Shown here: in pieces, positions 37,186-47,001 of the stretch
Position numbering within the stretch: the first letter of the stretch is position 1
How the letters are laid out: each line of letters starts with the position of its first letter
DNA from: OCS155 cluster bacterium AG-426-D23
GTDB taxonomy: Bacteria > Actinomycetota > Acidimicrobiia > Actinomarinales > Actinomarinaceae
Assembly: GCA_003213165.1 (NCBI GenBank)
Contig: QCNO01000001.1
Coordinates: 65,152-129,151 of the forward strand
Length of the DNA stretch: 64,000 bases
Reading direction: 5' to 3'
Position numbers and translations under genes: made by a program
The notes under the pieces: model-generated
Told to the model about the DNA's origin: nothing
The model's input: the letters and a program-made list of their open reading frames with translations, nothing else
The model's database searches: none

Positions 37186-40100
37186 ATGTTTGATTTTACT
37201 GAAAAAGATTCTTGTGGCGTTGGCTTTATAGCATCAAGAGATGTCCCACCTACACATGGCATGACTCTAAAAGTTTTAGAATGTTTGGCAAATCTTGATC
37301 ACAGGGGTGCTAAGTTTGCTGATGGAACTGGTGATGGTGCTGGTGTATTAACTGAAATTCCTTTCGAACTAATAAGAGCAGAGTTAAAAGAACTAAAAAT
37401 TGACTTAGACAATAAAAACAAAATTGGAATCATTTCATGTTTTTTTGATCCCAAGAATATTGATGAATCAAAAGAACTCATCAATAAAGAACTTGAACAA
37501 TTTAATATTAGACACTTGTATTGGAGAAAAGTACCTACTGACAAACAAATTCTTGGAGATCTTGCCAAAAAGTCAAAACCAGCTATTTTTCAGGGTATTG
37601 TCAGTGCTGAAAAAGAAACGCAAAAAGAATTCGAAAAAAAACTATTTATATTTAGAAAATCTTTAGAAAAGAAAATTAAAGAAATTGATTTTTTAAATAT
37701 TCATATAAACTCTTGCTCATCAAAAACAGTGGTGTACAAAGGATTATTCACAGCAACTCAAACTGCAGATTTTTATTGGGACCTAAGAAACCCACTTTAC
37801 AAAACAAGATTTGGAATTTTTCACCAAAGATTTTCAACAAATACATCATCAACTTGGGATAAGGCACAACCTTTCCGCATGCTTGCTCATAATGGTGAGA
37901 TAAATACTATACAATCAAACTTTTCATGGATGAAAGCCAGGGAGGTAGATGCTTCATCATCTTTTTGGAAAGAAGATATTGATAAAATTAAACCATTTAT
38001 TGATGAGGGTATATCTGACTCTGGGCAACTAGATAATGCCATAGAATTATTGGTAAGGTCTGGCAGAACCCTTGCTCATTCACAAGAAATGCTTATTCCT
38101 TCAGCATGGGAAAATAATCCAAGATTTACTCAAAAAGAGAAAGCTTTTTATCAGTACCACGCTTTTTTAACTGAACCATGGGATGGACCTGCAGCAATTG
38201 TTGCATCAGATGGAAAAGACATAATTGCTGGTCTCGATAGGAGTGGATTAAGACCATTAAGATGGATGATTTCAGACAGATATGTTCTCGCAGCTTCTGA
38301 GGTTGGTATATGCCCATCTGTTGAAGCAGGAGCTTATAAGACTGCACAACTTGAACCCGGACAAACTATCAGATATCGTCTTGAAACAGACGAGCTTTTG
38401 GATGAAAGTGAAGTTATACAAAAATTAAGTGAAAAAAACCCTTATGTTGAATGGGTAAATTCGAAGCCATTGAATGTTGATCAAAAATACAGTAACAAAG
38501 AAGATTCAAAAATCGATTTAGAAATGTTGTCTGCGTATTACTCATATACACCTGAAGAAGACAGGTTAATTTTAACACCAATGCTCAATGGAGATATTCC
38601 TACAGGTTCAATGGGCAATGACTCATCTCTTGCAGTAATGAGTAAAAATAATCCGAGATTAAGTCGTTATTTTCACCAAATGTTTGCTCAAGTTACAAAC
38701 CCACCAATAGATCCAATTAGAGAAAGATTTGTCATGTCAACAAAAACTTATCTTGGAAAAAGAGGGTCAATTTTAAAAGAAACATCTCAGCAAGCTAACT
38801 TAATTACCTTAGATTCGCCGATTTTAAGTGCTAGTTCTTATGATGCACTTACAAAAGAAAAAACTTTGAGTAACAAAACAGCTGTATTTTCAACTACTTA
38901 TGTAAAAAAAGAAACTTCTCTTGAAAATTCGTTAATTAAATTGTGTGAAGACGTAAAGAAAGAAATAGTTGAAAATAAGAAATCTGTAATAATTTTATCT
39001 GATAGAACTATTAAAACTGGAGAAACAGCAATCCCATCTCTAATGGCGTTAGCAAAGGTCCATCATTTTTTAATTGATGAGGGTATTCGTTTGAAAGCAT
39101 CACTAGTTGTTGTTTCGGGTGAAGTGCGAGACTCTCACGACCTTGCATGTCATATTGCTTATGGTGCTTCAGCCGTTTGGCCTTATTTAGCTTTAGAAAG
39201 AGTACGACAATTATCAATAAGCTCTAAGGATACGAATCTAACTCCGGAAGAGGCGCAAGAGAATTACAGGCAAGCATTAGATAAAGGTTTATTAAAAATA
39301 ATGTCAAAAATGGGAATTTGCACCATTTCTTCCTATAGAGGGTCAGAATTATTTGAAGTAATAGGTTTAAACAGGGATATTGTTGACAATATTTTTAAAT
39401 TTACAAAAACTAGGACTGAAGGTGTAGGTTTTAAATTCTTAAGTGATAAATTAAAAATTTATGGGGATATTGAAGATGTTGAAAGTAGTGTCGGTGGCTT
39501 TTACAAACATAAAAAAGGCGCTGAAACTCACGTAACATCTCCAAAAACTGTTCTTAAACTTCAAAAGGCTGTTAGGTCGGGAGATTTTGATGATTGGGAC
39601 GAATATATGTCAACTCTAGAAAATCGTGATGATGTACAGTTAAGAGACTTATTTACTTTGCCAGCATCAATTCAACACAATAGGGAGTTTAATGAAGATG
39701 AACTAAAAGAAATTTTTCAAAAATTTACTGTTAGTTCTATGTCACTTGGCGCACTATCAGAGGAAGCGCATCAAGCTCTTGCACAAGCTATGAATGAAAT
39801 AGGTGGTAAATCTGGTTCTGGCGAGGGCGGGGAAGATCCTGCAAGATATGGAACAGAGAAAAATTCAAAGATTAAGCAAATTGCATCAGGGAGATTTGGA
39901 GTTACTCCAGACTATCTAGCCTCTGCAGAAGAATTCCAAATTAAAATGGCACAAGGTTCAAAACCAGGAGAGGGTGGTCAATTACCTGGCTTTAAGGTTG
40001 ATAGCCATATTGCAAAACTAAGACATACAGTTGAAGGTGTAACTCTAATATCCCCGCCACCACATCATGACATTTACTCAATTGAGGATTTAGCACAATT

Positions 40101-41565
40101 AATTTATGATTTAAAAACTTTTAATCCTGATTGCCCTGTTTCAGTTAAATTAGTTTCTGAGCCTGGTGTTGGGACTATCGCCGTTGGAGTTGCAAAAGCA
40201 GGCGCCGATATTATTACAATTGCTGGAAGCGATGGAGGTACTGGAGCTAGTCCATGGGTGAGTATCAAACATGCTGGATCACCATGGGAGCTAGGGTTAA
40301 GTGAAACACATCAAGCTTTAGTAAAAAATAATATGCGTCACAAAGTACTTTTAGAGGTAGATGGGGGATTGCGTTCTGCTAAAGATGTATTGGTTGGGTC
40401 CATTCTTGGTGCTGATAGGTTTGGTTTTGGAACTCTGCCACTTTTAGCCCTAGGTTGCAAGATGGTAAGACAATGTCATGAAAACACATGTCCAGTTGGT
40501 ATTGCAACACAAGATGAAAATCTCAGGGCAAAATTTCCAGGCGCACCAGAACAAGTTGTACAACTTTTTAGATTTATAGCAAAAGATATAATCGCATTCA
40601 TAGATGAATTAAATTTACCTAAGTTAGATGACTTGAGAGGAAGAGCTGATTTATTAGGTCTTAAAATATCTAAAAATGATCTTTCAAAAAGCTTACACAA
40701 ATTACTTATGAATTTTTCAATAGAGGAAAAGCATCCTGGTTTCATAAGACATAGTGAAGGCAGGCTGTCAAGACGTATAACATCTGAAGTAATTAAATCA
40801 TTAGAAAGTGGAAAGAGTGCATTTTTGCAGTATCCAATTGCAAATGAGGATCGAAGTATTGGTGCTAGGCTTTCTGGAGAAATTTCTCTAAAAAAATATC
40901 ATGACAAATTAGTATCAAATCCAACATATATAAACTTATCTGGTGCTGCTGGACAAAGTTTTGGAGCCTTCATCAGGGAAGGCATTAATCTTAAGTTGAC
41001 AGGTAGTGCAAATGATTATGTTGGTAAGGGTATGGCAGGAGGAAGTATAACTATTATTCCTCAAGGTAAAAAAATTCAAGGTGCATACCATGCTGCTGGT
41101 AACGCTATTCTCTACGGCGCGACGGGAGGACAGTTATTTGTTGCGGGTACTGTAGGTCAAAGATTTGGAGTAAGGAATAGTGGCGGTATTGGAGTAGTTG
41201 AGGGTTGTAGTGCTCATGGTGGAGAATATATGACTGGTGGAACATTAATTGTTTTAGGAAAAGTGGGCTTTAATTTTGCCGCAGGTATGACAGGAGGCAA
41301 AGCGATTGTTTTAAGCACTCAAAAAAATTTCAAAGAGTATGTTTCTAAAGCAGCACCAGAATATAGGAAACTGAACGATATCGACATGCTTGAATTAAGA
41401 GCAATTTTAGAATTACATGTCGAAAAAACTAATTCCAAGAAAGCTCAATATATTCTAGAAAAAGAAAAAAATTGGACAAATATGTTCGCTGTTTTTGGGG
41501 GATTGGCTGATTTAACAGATAATCAAACAGAACAAATTCCTGAAAATGTCAAGGCATTAGATTAA
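37186..41565 (+). CDS. gltB: Glutamate synthase large subunit
   Basis: Ntn amidotransferase start ...DS/CGVGF, FMN and 3Fe-4S central domains (LGCKMVRQCHENTCPVGIATQ), and a GXGXG beta-helix C-terminal domain. 1459 aa. Confidence 0.97.
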   Translation: MFDFTEKDSCGVGFIASRDVPPTHGMTLKVLECLANLDHRGAKFADGTGDGAGVLTEIPFELIRAELKELKIDLDNKNKIGIISCFFDPKNIDESKELINKELEQFNIRHLYWRKVPTDKQILGDLAKKSKPAIFQGIVSAEKETQKEFEKKLFIFRKSLEKKIKEIDFLNIHINSCSSKTVVYKGLFTATQTADFYWDLRNPLYKTRFGIFHQRFSTNTSSTWDKAQPFRMLAHNGEINTIQSNFSWMKAREVDASSSFWKEDIDKIKPFIDEGISDSGQLDNAIELLVRSGRTLAHSQEMLIPSAWENNPRFTQKEKAFYQYHAFLTEPWDGPAAIVASDGKDIIAGLDRSGLRPLRWMISDRYVLAASEVGICPSVEAGAYKTAQLEPGQTIRYRLETDELLDESEVIQKLSEKNPYVEWVNSKPLNVDQKYSNKEDSKIDLEMLSAYYSYTPEEDRLILTPMLNGDIPTGSMGNDSSLAVMSKNNPRLSRYFHQMFAQVTNPPIDPIRERFVMSTKTYLGKRGSILKETSQQANLITLDSPILSASSYDALTKEKTLSNKTAVFSTTYVKKETSLENSLIKLCEDVKKEIVENKKSVIILSDRTIKTGETAIPSLMALAKVHHFLIDEGIRLKASLVVVSGEVRDSHDLACHIAYGASAVWPYLALERVRQLSISSKDTNLTPEEAQENYRQALDKGLLKIMSKMGICTISSYRGSELFEVIGLNRDIVDNIFKFTKTRTEGVGFKFLSDKLKIYGDIEDVESSVGGFYKHKKGAETHVTSPKTVLKLQKAVRSGDFDDWDEYMSTLENRDDVQLRDLFTLPASIQHNREFNEDELKEIFQKFTVSSMSLGALSEEAHQALAQAMNEIGGKSGSGEGGEDPARYGTEKNSKIKQIASGRFGVTPDYLASAEEFQIKMAQGSKPGEGGQLPGFKVDSHIAKLRHTVEGVTLISPPPHHDIYSIEDLAQLIYDLKTFNPDCPVSVKLVSEPGVGTIAVGVAKAGADIITIAGSDGGTGASPWVSIKHAGSPWELGLSETHQALVKNNMRHKVLLEVDGGLRSAKDVLVGSILGADRFGFGTLPLLALGCKMVRQCHENTCPVGIATQDENLRAKFPGAPEQVVQLFRFIAKDIIAFIDELNLPKLDDLRGRADLLGLKISKNDLSKSLHKLLMNFSIEEKHPGFIRHSEGRLSRRITSEVIKSLESGKSAFLQYPIANEDRSIGARLSGEISLKKYHDKLVSNPTYINLSGAAGQSFGAFIREGINLKLTGSANDYVGKGMAGGSITIIPQGKKIQGAYHAAGNAILYGATGGQLFVAGTVGQRFGVRNSGGIGVVEGCSAHGGEYMTGGTLIVLGKVGFNFAAGMTGGKAIVLSTQKNFKEYVSKAAPEYRKLNDIDMLELRAILELHVEKTNSKKAQYILEKEKNWTNMFAVFGGLADLTDNQTEQIPENVKALD

Positions 41566-41607
41566 TTAACACTTCTAAAAAGAACATTTATCCTTTACCA
41601 TAAAAAT

Positions 41608-42543
41608 ATGAACAATAAAACAGGGGTACTCAGTTTTAATTGGGACAAAACTTTAGAGCTTTTAAAAGATTCTCGAATTGACTCTGTTGGCTTAAATGAT
41701 CGAGTTGACTCTTTAGCAACTAGGAGTATTAAAAAAGAATCAAAATTAGAAGCACTGAATATGCTCGTTTCAATGTGTGACTTAACAACGCTTGAGGGTG
41801 AGGATACTGAAGGTAAGATTTCCCAGATGGTGGCTAAAGCAATCGTCCCTAATCCGAATGATCTTGAAATTAAAAATGTTGCTGCAGTTTGTGTTTATCC
41901 TTCATTGGTTAGTATCGCAAAAGAAAAGATAGGAAATTCTAGTGTCAAAGTTGCAGCAGTTTCCTCCTACTTTCCAAGTGGACAAGTTCCCATGGAATCA
42001 AAATTATTAGATACTAAATATGCAATTGATTCTGGTGCTGATGAAATAGATATTGTAATAAATAGAAAAGCATTTTTAGAGGGAGATTATAGAAAAGTCT
42101 ATGATGAAATTCTTGCATTAAAAGAAGTATGCGGAGATGTTCATCTCAAAACAATTCTTGAAGTTGGAGACTTAAGAACTTATGAGAACATTAGAAAAGC
42201 TAGTTTAATTTCTCTAGCTGCAGGCTCAGACTTTATAAAAACCTCAACAGGAAAATTGTCAGTAGGTTCATCAAGACAAGCTTGCTACGTGATGGCGAAA
42301 GCGGTTTTAGATTTTAAAAATCTTTCAGGGTTATCTGCGGGAATAAAAGTAGCAGGAGGAATTAGAGATGCAAAAGACGCTATTAGATATTTAGTTTTGA
42401 TAAAGGAAGAAATGGGAAATGAGTGGCTAACACCTGATTTATTTAGATTTGGTGCATCGAGTCTTTTGGATGATGTTCTTAAACAAATTAAAAAACTAAA
42501 GACAGGTGCTTATCAAGCTAGTTATTATTTTCCTAGGGGTTAA
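41608..42543 (+). CDS. deoC: Deoxyribose-phosphate aldolase (long actinobacterial type)
   Basis: Schiff-base lysine context DFIKTSTGK; DxTTL-type N-terminal motif CDLTTLEGEDT. Confidence 0.9.
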   Translation: MNNKTGVLSFNWDKTLELLKDSRIDSVGLNDRVDSLATRSIKKESKLEALNMLVSMCDLTTLEGEDTEGKISQMVAKAIVPNPNDLEIKNVAAVCVYPSLVSIAKEKIGNSSVKVAAVSSYFPSGQVPMESKLLDTKYAIDSGADEIDIVINRKAFLEGDYRKVYDEILALKEVCGDVHLKTILEVGDLRTYENIRKASLISLAAGSDFIKTSTGKLSVGSSRQACYVMAKAVLDFKNLSGLSAGIKVAGGIRDAKDAIRYLVLIKEEMGNEWLTPDLFRFGASSLLDDVLKQIKKLKTGAYQASYYFPRG

Positions 42544-42548
42544 ATCAT

Positions 42549-43988
42549 ATGGTAAATTGGGAATATTCAGAGTCAATTGAATCACAAGATATTGTAAGTA
42601 TAAAAGACAAATATCAAAACTTTGTAAATGGAAAATTTCAACAACCAAATAGCAAAAAATACATTGATACAATTTCTCCGTCTAGTGAAGAGTTTCTTTC
42701 AAAAATTGTCATATCTAATGAAAAAGATGTAGATAAAGCTGTCGAATCTGCACAAATGGGATTTGAAAAATGGACAAATACAACACCATATGAAAGGTCA
42801 AAATATCTGTTTAAGTTAGCAAGATTGATTCAAGAAAGATCAAGAGAGTTTGCAGTCCTAGAGTCATTAGATGGAGGAAAACCAATAAAAGAATCGAGGG
42901 ATTTTGACTTACCGCAAGTCGCTGCAAATTTCTTTTATTTTGCTGGCTGGGCTGACAAGATTGATTTATCTTGGGGAGCAAAAAGTTTAAAACCATATGG
43001 AGTTGTTGGTCAAATTATTCCGTGGAATTTTCCATTACTAATGTTGGCATGGAAAGTTGCACCAGCATTAGCTACAGGCAATACTGTAGTTTTAAAGCCA
43101 GCAGAAACAACATCATTAACAGCTTTATTATTTGCAGAGCTCTGTGAGCAAGCTGGTATTCCAGATGGTGTTGTAAACATAATTACAGGCGATGGCACAA
43201 CAGGCTCTTTAATTGTGAACCACAAAGATATTAACAAAATTGCATTCACAGGCTCAACTCAAGTTGGAAAATTAATCCAGAAATCTTTAGCTGGACGAGA
43301 TGTTGGTCTTACATTGGAGCTTGGTGGAAAAGCTGCAAATATCGTTTATGAAGATGCAGCAATAGATCAAGCCGTAGAGGGTGTTGTTAATGGCATATTC
43401 TTCAACCAGGGACATGTCTGTTGCGCAGGAAGTAGATTATTGCTTCAAGAATCGATTCATGATGAGTTTATTACTAAATTGGAAAAAAGGATGCAAACCT
43501 TAAGAGTTGGCAATCCCTTAGACAAGAATACTGATATTGGTGCAGTTAATTCAAAAGAACAACTGAATAAAATAGAAGAGCTTGTTAATGAAGGAGTTTC
43601 GGATGGAGGAAAGATTTTTCAAACAGAATGTGAACTTCCTGGAAATGGTTTTTGGTTTAAGCCGACTTTATTTACAGATGTCCAGCCATCGTATTCAATT
43701 GCAAGGGAAGAAATATTTGGTCCTGTTCTTACGACTTTAACATTTAGAACCCCACAGGAAGCTATTGAGATTGCAAATAATACTGAATACGGACTATCAG
43801 CAGGCGTATGGACCGAAAAAGGTTCAAAAATACTATGGACTGCAGACAAGCTTGAAGCAGGTGTAGTTTGGGCAAATACTTTTAATAAGTTTGATCCAGC
43901 ATCTCCTTTTGGAGGTTACAAAGAGTCTGGATTTGGTAGGGAAGGGGGTAGACATGGCCTTCTATCGTATCTTAAGGCGGAGTCATGA
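42549..43988 (+). CDS. NAD(P)-dependent aldehyde dehydrogenase
   Basis: Catalytic Glu in LELGGKA, catalytic Cys in NQGHVCCAGSR, and the EEIFGPV motif. Confidence 0.93.
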   Translation: MVNWEYSESIESQDIVSIKDKYQNFVNGKFQQPNSKKYIDTISPSSEEFLSKIVISNEKDVDKAVESAQMGFEKWTNTTPYERSKYLFKLARLIQERSREFAVLESLDGGKPIKESRDFDLPQVAANFFYFAGWADKIDLSWGAKSLKPYGVVGQIIPWNFPLLMLAWKVAPALATGNTVVLKPAETTSLTALLFAELCEQAGIPDGVVNIITGDGTTGSLIVNHKDINKIAFTGSTQVGKLIQKSLAGRDVGLTLELGGKAANIVYEDAAIDQAVEGVVNGIFFNQGHVCCAGSRLLLQESIHDEFITKLEKRMQTLRVGNPLDKNTDIGAVNSKEQLNKIEELVNEGVSDGGKIFQTECELPGNGFWFKPTLFTDVQPSYSIAREEIFGPVLTTLTFRTPQEAIEIANNTEYGLSAGVWTEKGSKILWTADKLEAGVVWANTFNKFDPASPFGGYKESGFGREGGRHGLLSYLKAES

Positions 43989-44812
43989 TTGAAATAAAAA
44001 AAACATATAAAAATTATGTTGGAGGAAAATATGTAAGGTCAGAATCTGGGAAAACTTTTACTTTAAGTTTAAAAAATGATTCATTTGAAGTTCCATTGAC
44101 TTCAAAAAAAGACATAAGGGATGCGGTAACGGCCTCAAAAAAAGGTTTTCAAAACTGGAGTCATATTAGTCCATATACAAAAACTCAAATTCTTTATCGT
44201 CTATCTGAAATGATTGAAGGTAATAAAGATAGTTATATAGAACTTTTAATTTTGGGTGGAAGCACAAGAAATCAAGCAAAAAAAGATATAGAAACCGCAA
44301 TCAAAAACATCGTTTGGTACGCCGGCTTTGCTGATAAATGGGAACAGGTAGCAGGCAATTTGAACCCTGTAAATGGTGAATACTTTAATATTTCACATCA
44401 AAATCCAATTGGAGTTGTGTTCTCTTTAAATGCTGATAATAATTCATTGGCATCTTTATTAAATAGTATTCTCCAGCCATTAACAGTCGGATGCTCTGTA
44501 ATTTCATTTTCTGAAGAATCATCGATTGTTGCGTTAAAGTTTGCAGAGGATATAAATAATTCTGACTTTCCTGATGGTTCATTAAATATACTATCCGGTC
44601 AGTTTGAAAATGTTTATGAAGATATTAGTAAACACGTTGAAATTAATTTAGTATCAATTAACAAAGAAGTTCCTACAGAAATACTGACAAAAATCCAAGA
44701 AAATGCTTCAAATTCAGTGAAAAGAATTATCTATATGCCCTCAATGGACGGTATTTCTTCTGTTTTGCCATTTTTGGAAACAAAAACTGTATGGCATCCA
44801 AAAGGCACATAA
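43985..44812 (+). CDS. Truncated aldehyde-dehydrogenase-like protein (N-terminal/cofactor-domain half only)
   Basis: An ALDH-like N-terminus (YVGGKYV...DAV.ASKKGFQNW...R..IL.RL.E) but only 275 aa. No ELGGK or catalytic Cys segment. ATGA overlap with the preceding ALDH. Confidence 0.7.
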   Translation: MIEIKKTYKNYVGGKYVRSESGKTFTLSLKNDSFEVPLTSKKDIRDAVTASKKGFQNWSHISPYTKTQILYRLSEMIEGNKDSYIELLILGGSTRNQAKKDIETAIKNIVWYAGFADKWEQVAGNLNPVNGEYFNISHQNPIGVVFSLNADNNSLASLLNSILQPLTVGCSVISFSEESSIVALKFAEDINNSDFPDGSLNILSGQFENVYEDISKHVEINLVSINKEVPTEILTKIQENASNSVKRIIYMPSMDGISSVLPFLETKTVWHPKGT

Positions 44813-44861
44813 AATCTGTCATACCTCTACTGTAATCTTTCATTACCTAATTAACCCTGTT

Positions 44862-44890
44862 TAAGCTGTCTTGGATGTCAAGGCAGCTTA
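44862..44890 (+). terminator. Hairpin downstream of the deoC-ALDH operon
   Basis: TAAGCTGTCTTG-gatgt-CAAGGCAGCTTA forms a 12-bp stem with one G.U pair, 50 nt after the ALDH-like stop. Only a weak T-run follows. Confidence 0.45.
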
Positions 44891-44913
44891 TTCATATAGG
44901 CTGTTATTATTGC

Positions 44914-45339
44914 ATGATGACTAATGAGAATATTGAAGATACTTTAAATAATGAAGGAATGCCTGTACCAAACGTATGGGTTGAGCTTGAGGGTGAATTT
45001 TTAGATTTTGATAAAGATAATCAAACATTAAAGTGTAAGTTCCCTGTTCGAGATAGATATTTCAATCCATTACCAACAACACTCGGAGGAATTATCGATT
45101 CATGGATAGATATTACTATGGGCCCTTTAACTGTTTTACTGGGTCAAAAAGCAGTCAATAAGAATTTTTCAATTAAATATTTAAAACCCGTTGGGCCCTC
45201 TGTAGAATATGTCACCGCAGTTGCTTGGAGAGATAGCATTGATGGTAGAAATAGTCTTTATAAGGGCGAGCTTTACTTAGACAATGGTGAGTTGGCGGCT
45301 GTTGCTGAATCAGAATTTGTAGAAATAAGAAAATCCTAG
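44914..45339 (+). CDS. PaaI/hotdog-fold thioesterase-family protein
   Basis: ~141 aa with the hotdog pattern (N..G.L.GG....L.D...G). The ORF-track ATG at 44875 sits in the loop of the upstream hairpin, so I prefer the ATG-ATG at 44914. Confidence 0.6.
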   Translation: MMTNENIEDTLNNEGMPVPNVWVELEGEFLDFDKDNQTLKCKFPVRDRYFNPLPTTLGGIIDSWIDITMGPLTVLLGQKAVNKNFSIKYLKPVGPSVEYVTAVAWRDSIDGRNSLYKGELYLDNGELAAVAESEFVEIRKS

Positions 45340-46184
45340 GTTCTCGAATATAGAAAAGCTGAAGTTAATATAACGCCAATTCCTAAAAACTGAATTGAAT
45401 TAGTTATCTCATTTAAAAATTGATAACCAAAGTAAATAGAAAAAATTGGAATCATATATACAATAAATGAACTAGATATTCTTCCAACACTTTCTAATAA
45501 TTTATAATATGTTAAAAATGCAATTCCAGTACTGCCAATTCCCAATATAAGCATTGGAATCAGTGAAACTTCCACAGTTGGTAACTTAAATGAAGCAGTC
45601 GGTCCTAACATTAAAAGTGAAATTAGTAATGCGTACCTTATGACCATTTTTATAACAATTAATGAATCATATTTTTTAATTAATGGCTCCACCATATTTA
45701 CTGCTATTCCATATGATATTGAGGCAATTAAAGCGTAAATAAAACCAATATCAAATGATAAATCACTAATGCCTTCACTTAGAGAGATAAGACCCACTCC
45801 AATAAAGCCGGTAAAAATATATAAAATTTGAATTTTTGTGACTTTTAATTTGTAAAATATGACGGCGATAAATGCAACAAAAATTGGAGTTGATCCATTA
45901 ATCAATCCAGCTAATGAAGATGTTATTGTTTGCTCTGCAATGCCAAACATATAAAACGGAAGAGCCATCCAAAAAAATGAGATTATAAAAATCTTTACAT
46001 TGTCAGTTTTTATAATATTTTCCTTAGCCCTAACAAAGATATTAATAAATAATGCACCTATCAAAATTCTATAGATAGCAATATCCGATGGATTAAGTTC
46101 CTCTAAAGAGTACTTAATCATTAAAAAAGATGATCCCCAAATAGAAGATGTTACAAGTGCAAGTATAAAATTTTTAAAATTCAC
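45336..46184 (-). CDS. EamA/DMT-family transporter
   Basis: 282 aa with 10 hydrophobic helices in two EamA-like halves. GTG start. Confidence 0.8.
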   Translation of the reverse strand: MNFKNFILALVTSSIWGSSFLMIKYSLEELNPSDIAIYRILIGALFINIFVRAKENIIKTDNVKIFIISFFWMALPFYMFGIAEQTITSSLAGLINGSTPIFVAFIAVIFYKLKVTKIQILYIFTGFIGVGLISLSEGISDLSFDIGFIYALIASISYGIAVNMVEPLIKKYDSLIVIKMVIRYALLISLLMLGPTASFKLPTVEVSLIPMLILGIGSTGIAFLTYYKLLESVGRISSSFIVYMIPIFSIYFGYQFLNEITNSIQFLGIGVILTSAFLYSRT

Positions 46185-46210
46185 AGGCTTTGAAGCTTAA
46201 CATATATTCC

Positions 46211-46288
46211 AAAATAAAAAAATAGAGTCACCATCCAACAGGGTAGAAGGATTAGTGTAGTGGTTCAAACTGACACAAAGGCGACTCT
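46211..46288 (-). ncRNA. Candidate structured RNA or long-loop terminator between pgl and the EamA gene
   Basis: On the minus strand, AGAGUCGCC-47 nt-GGUGACUCU forms 9 bp including one G.U pair. It is followed by AUUUUUUUAUUUU, and a TATAAT lies ~10 nt upstream of the stem. This is the longest same-strand intergenic gap in the window (122 nt). Confidence 0.35.
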
Positions 46289-46306
46289 GTTTTTATTATA
46301 TTGAGT

Positions 46307-46966
46307 TTAAATTTTTTGGTCTGTTACAAGTGTAGTTTTTTTTCTACGTTTGATTAACTCATTAACTGGCAATCCATTATCTCTACCAATTTTTTTTAAT
46401 ATATCAGACTTATTTTCACCAGTTACTAGTAAAAATACGTTTTTAATTTCTGCAAGTAGTTGAAAAGTTGAGGTAACTCTCCATTTGCTCAAAATGTTTA
46501 CTTCATTGGCTACAAATTTAATTGATTCATCATTCAATGCATTTGTGTCTGGAAATAAAGAAGCTATGTGACCATCGTCACCGACCCCTAAAATGGCACT
46601 ATCAAAACTTTGTATTTTTGAAAATACTAATCTTGAATAATCTTCTGCAGACTTGTTTGGATCTTCATTAAATTGTAATTCTAAAATATTCATTTTTGTT
46701 TTATTAAATATCGAATTTATCATTCCTTGATTTGATATTTCATCTTCAAGATGAACATGTCTATCATCTATAGTCCACAATGTAATATCACTATTTTCTT
46801 GATTTAGTTCAGCAAAAGTTTGATAAAAGAATTTTGGTGTATTACCACCTGATAATCCCATATTAAATTTTTTGTTTTTCTCTATAAATTGAGTAATTAA
46901 TTCATTTAATTTAAGAGATGCATCTTTATGACTTGTTTCTTTAATTATCTCAAGTGAATCAAACAT
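46307..46966 (-). CDS. pgl: 6-phosphogluconolactonase
   Basis: GLSGGNTP and GVGDDGHIASLFP motifs of the Pgl/NagB family; lactonase-like length of 219 aa. Confidence 0.85.
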   Translation of the reverse strand: MFDSLEIIKETSHKDASLKLNELITQFIEKNKKFNMGLSGGNTPKFFYQTFAELNQENSDITLWTIDDRHVHLEDEISNQGMINSIFNKTKMNILELQFNEDPNKSAEDYSRLVFSKIQSFDSAILGVGDDGHIASLFPDTNALNDESIKFVANEVNILSKWRVTSTFQLLAEIKNVFLLVTGENKSDILKKIGRDNGLPVNELIKRRKKTTLVTDQKI

Positions 46967-47001
46967 AGTTAACCATTACAATTGTTAAATTAGTAGTATC
47001 A

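Noticed and set aside
46236-46280. tRNA-like GGTTCAAAC (T-loop-like) motif on the plus strand in the pgl-EamA spacer
   Set aside because: No acceptor, D or anticodon arms can be folded around it. It is more simply part of the loop of the long hairpin described in the findings.
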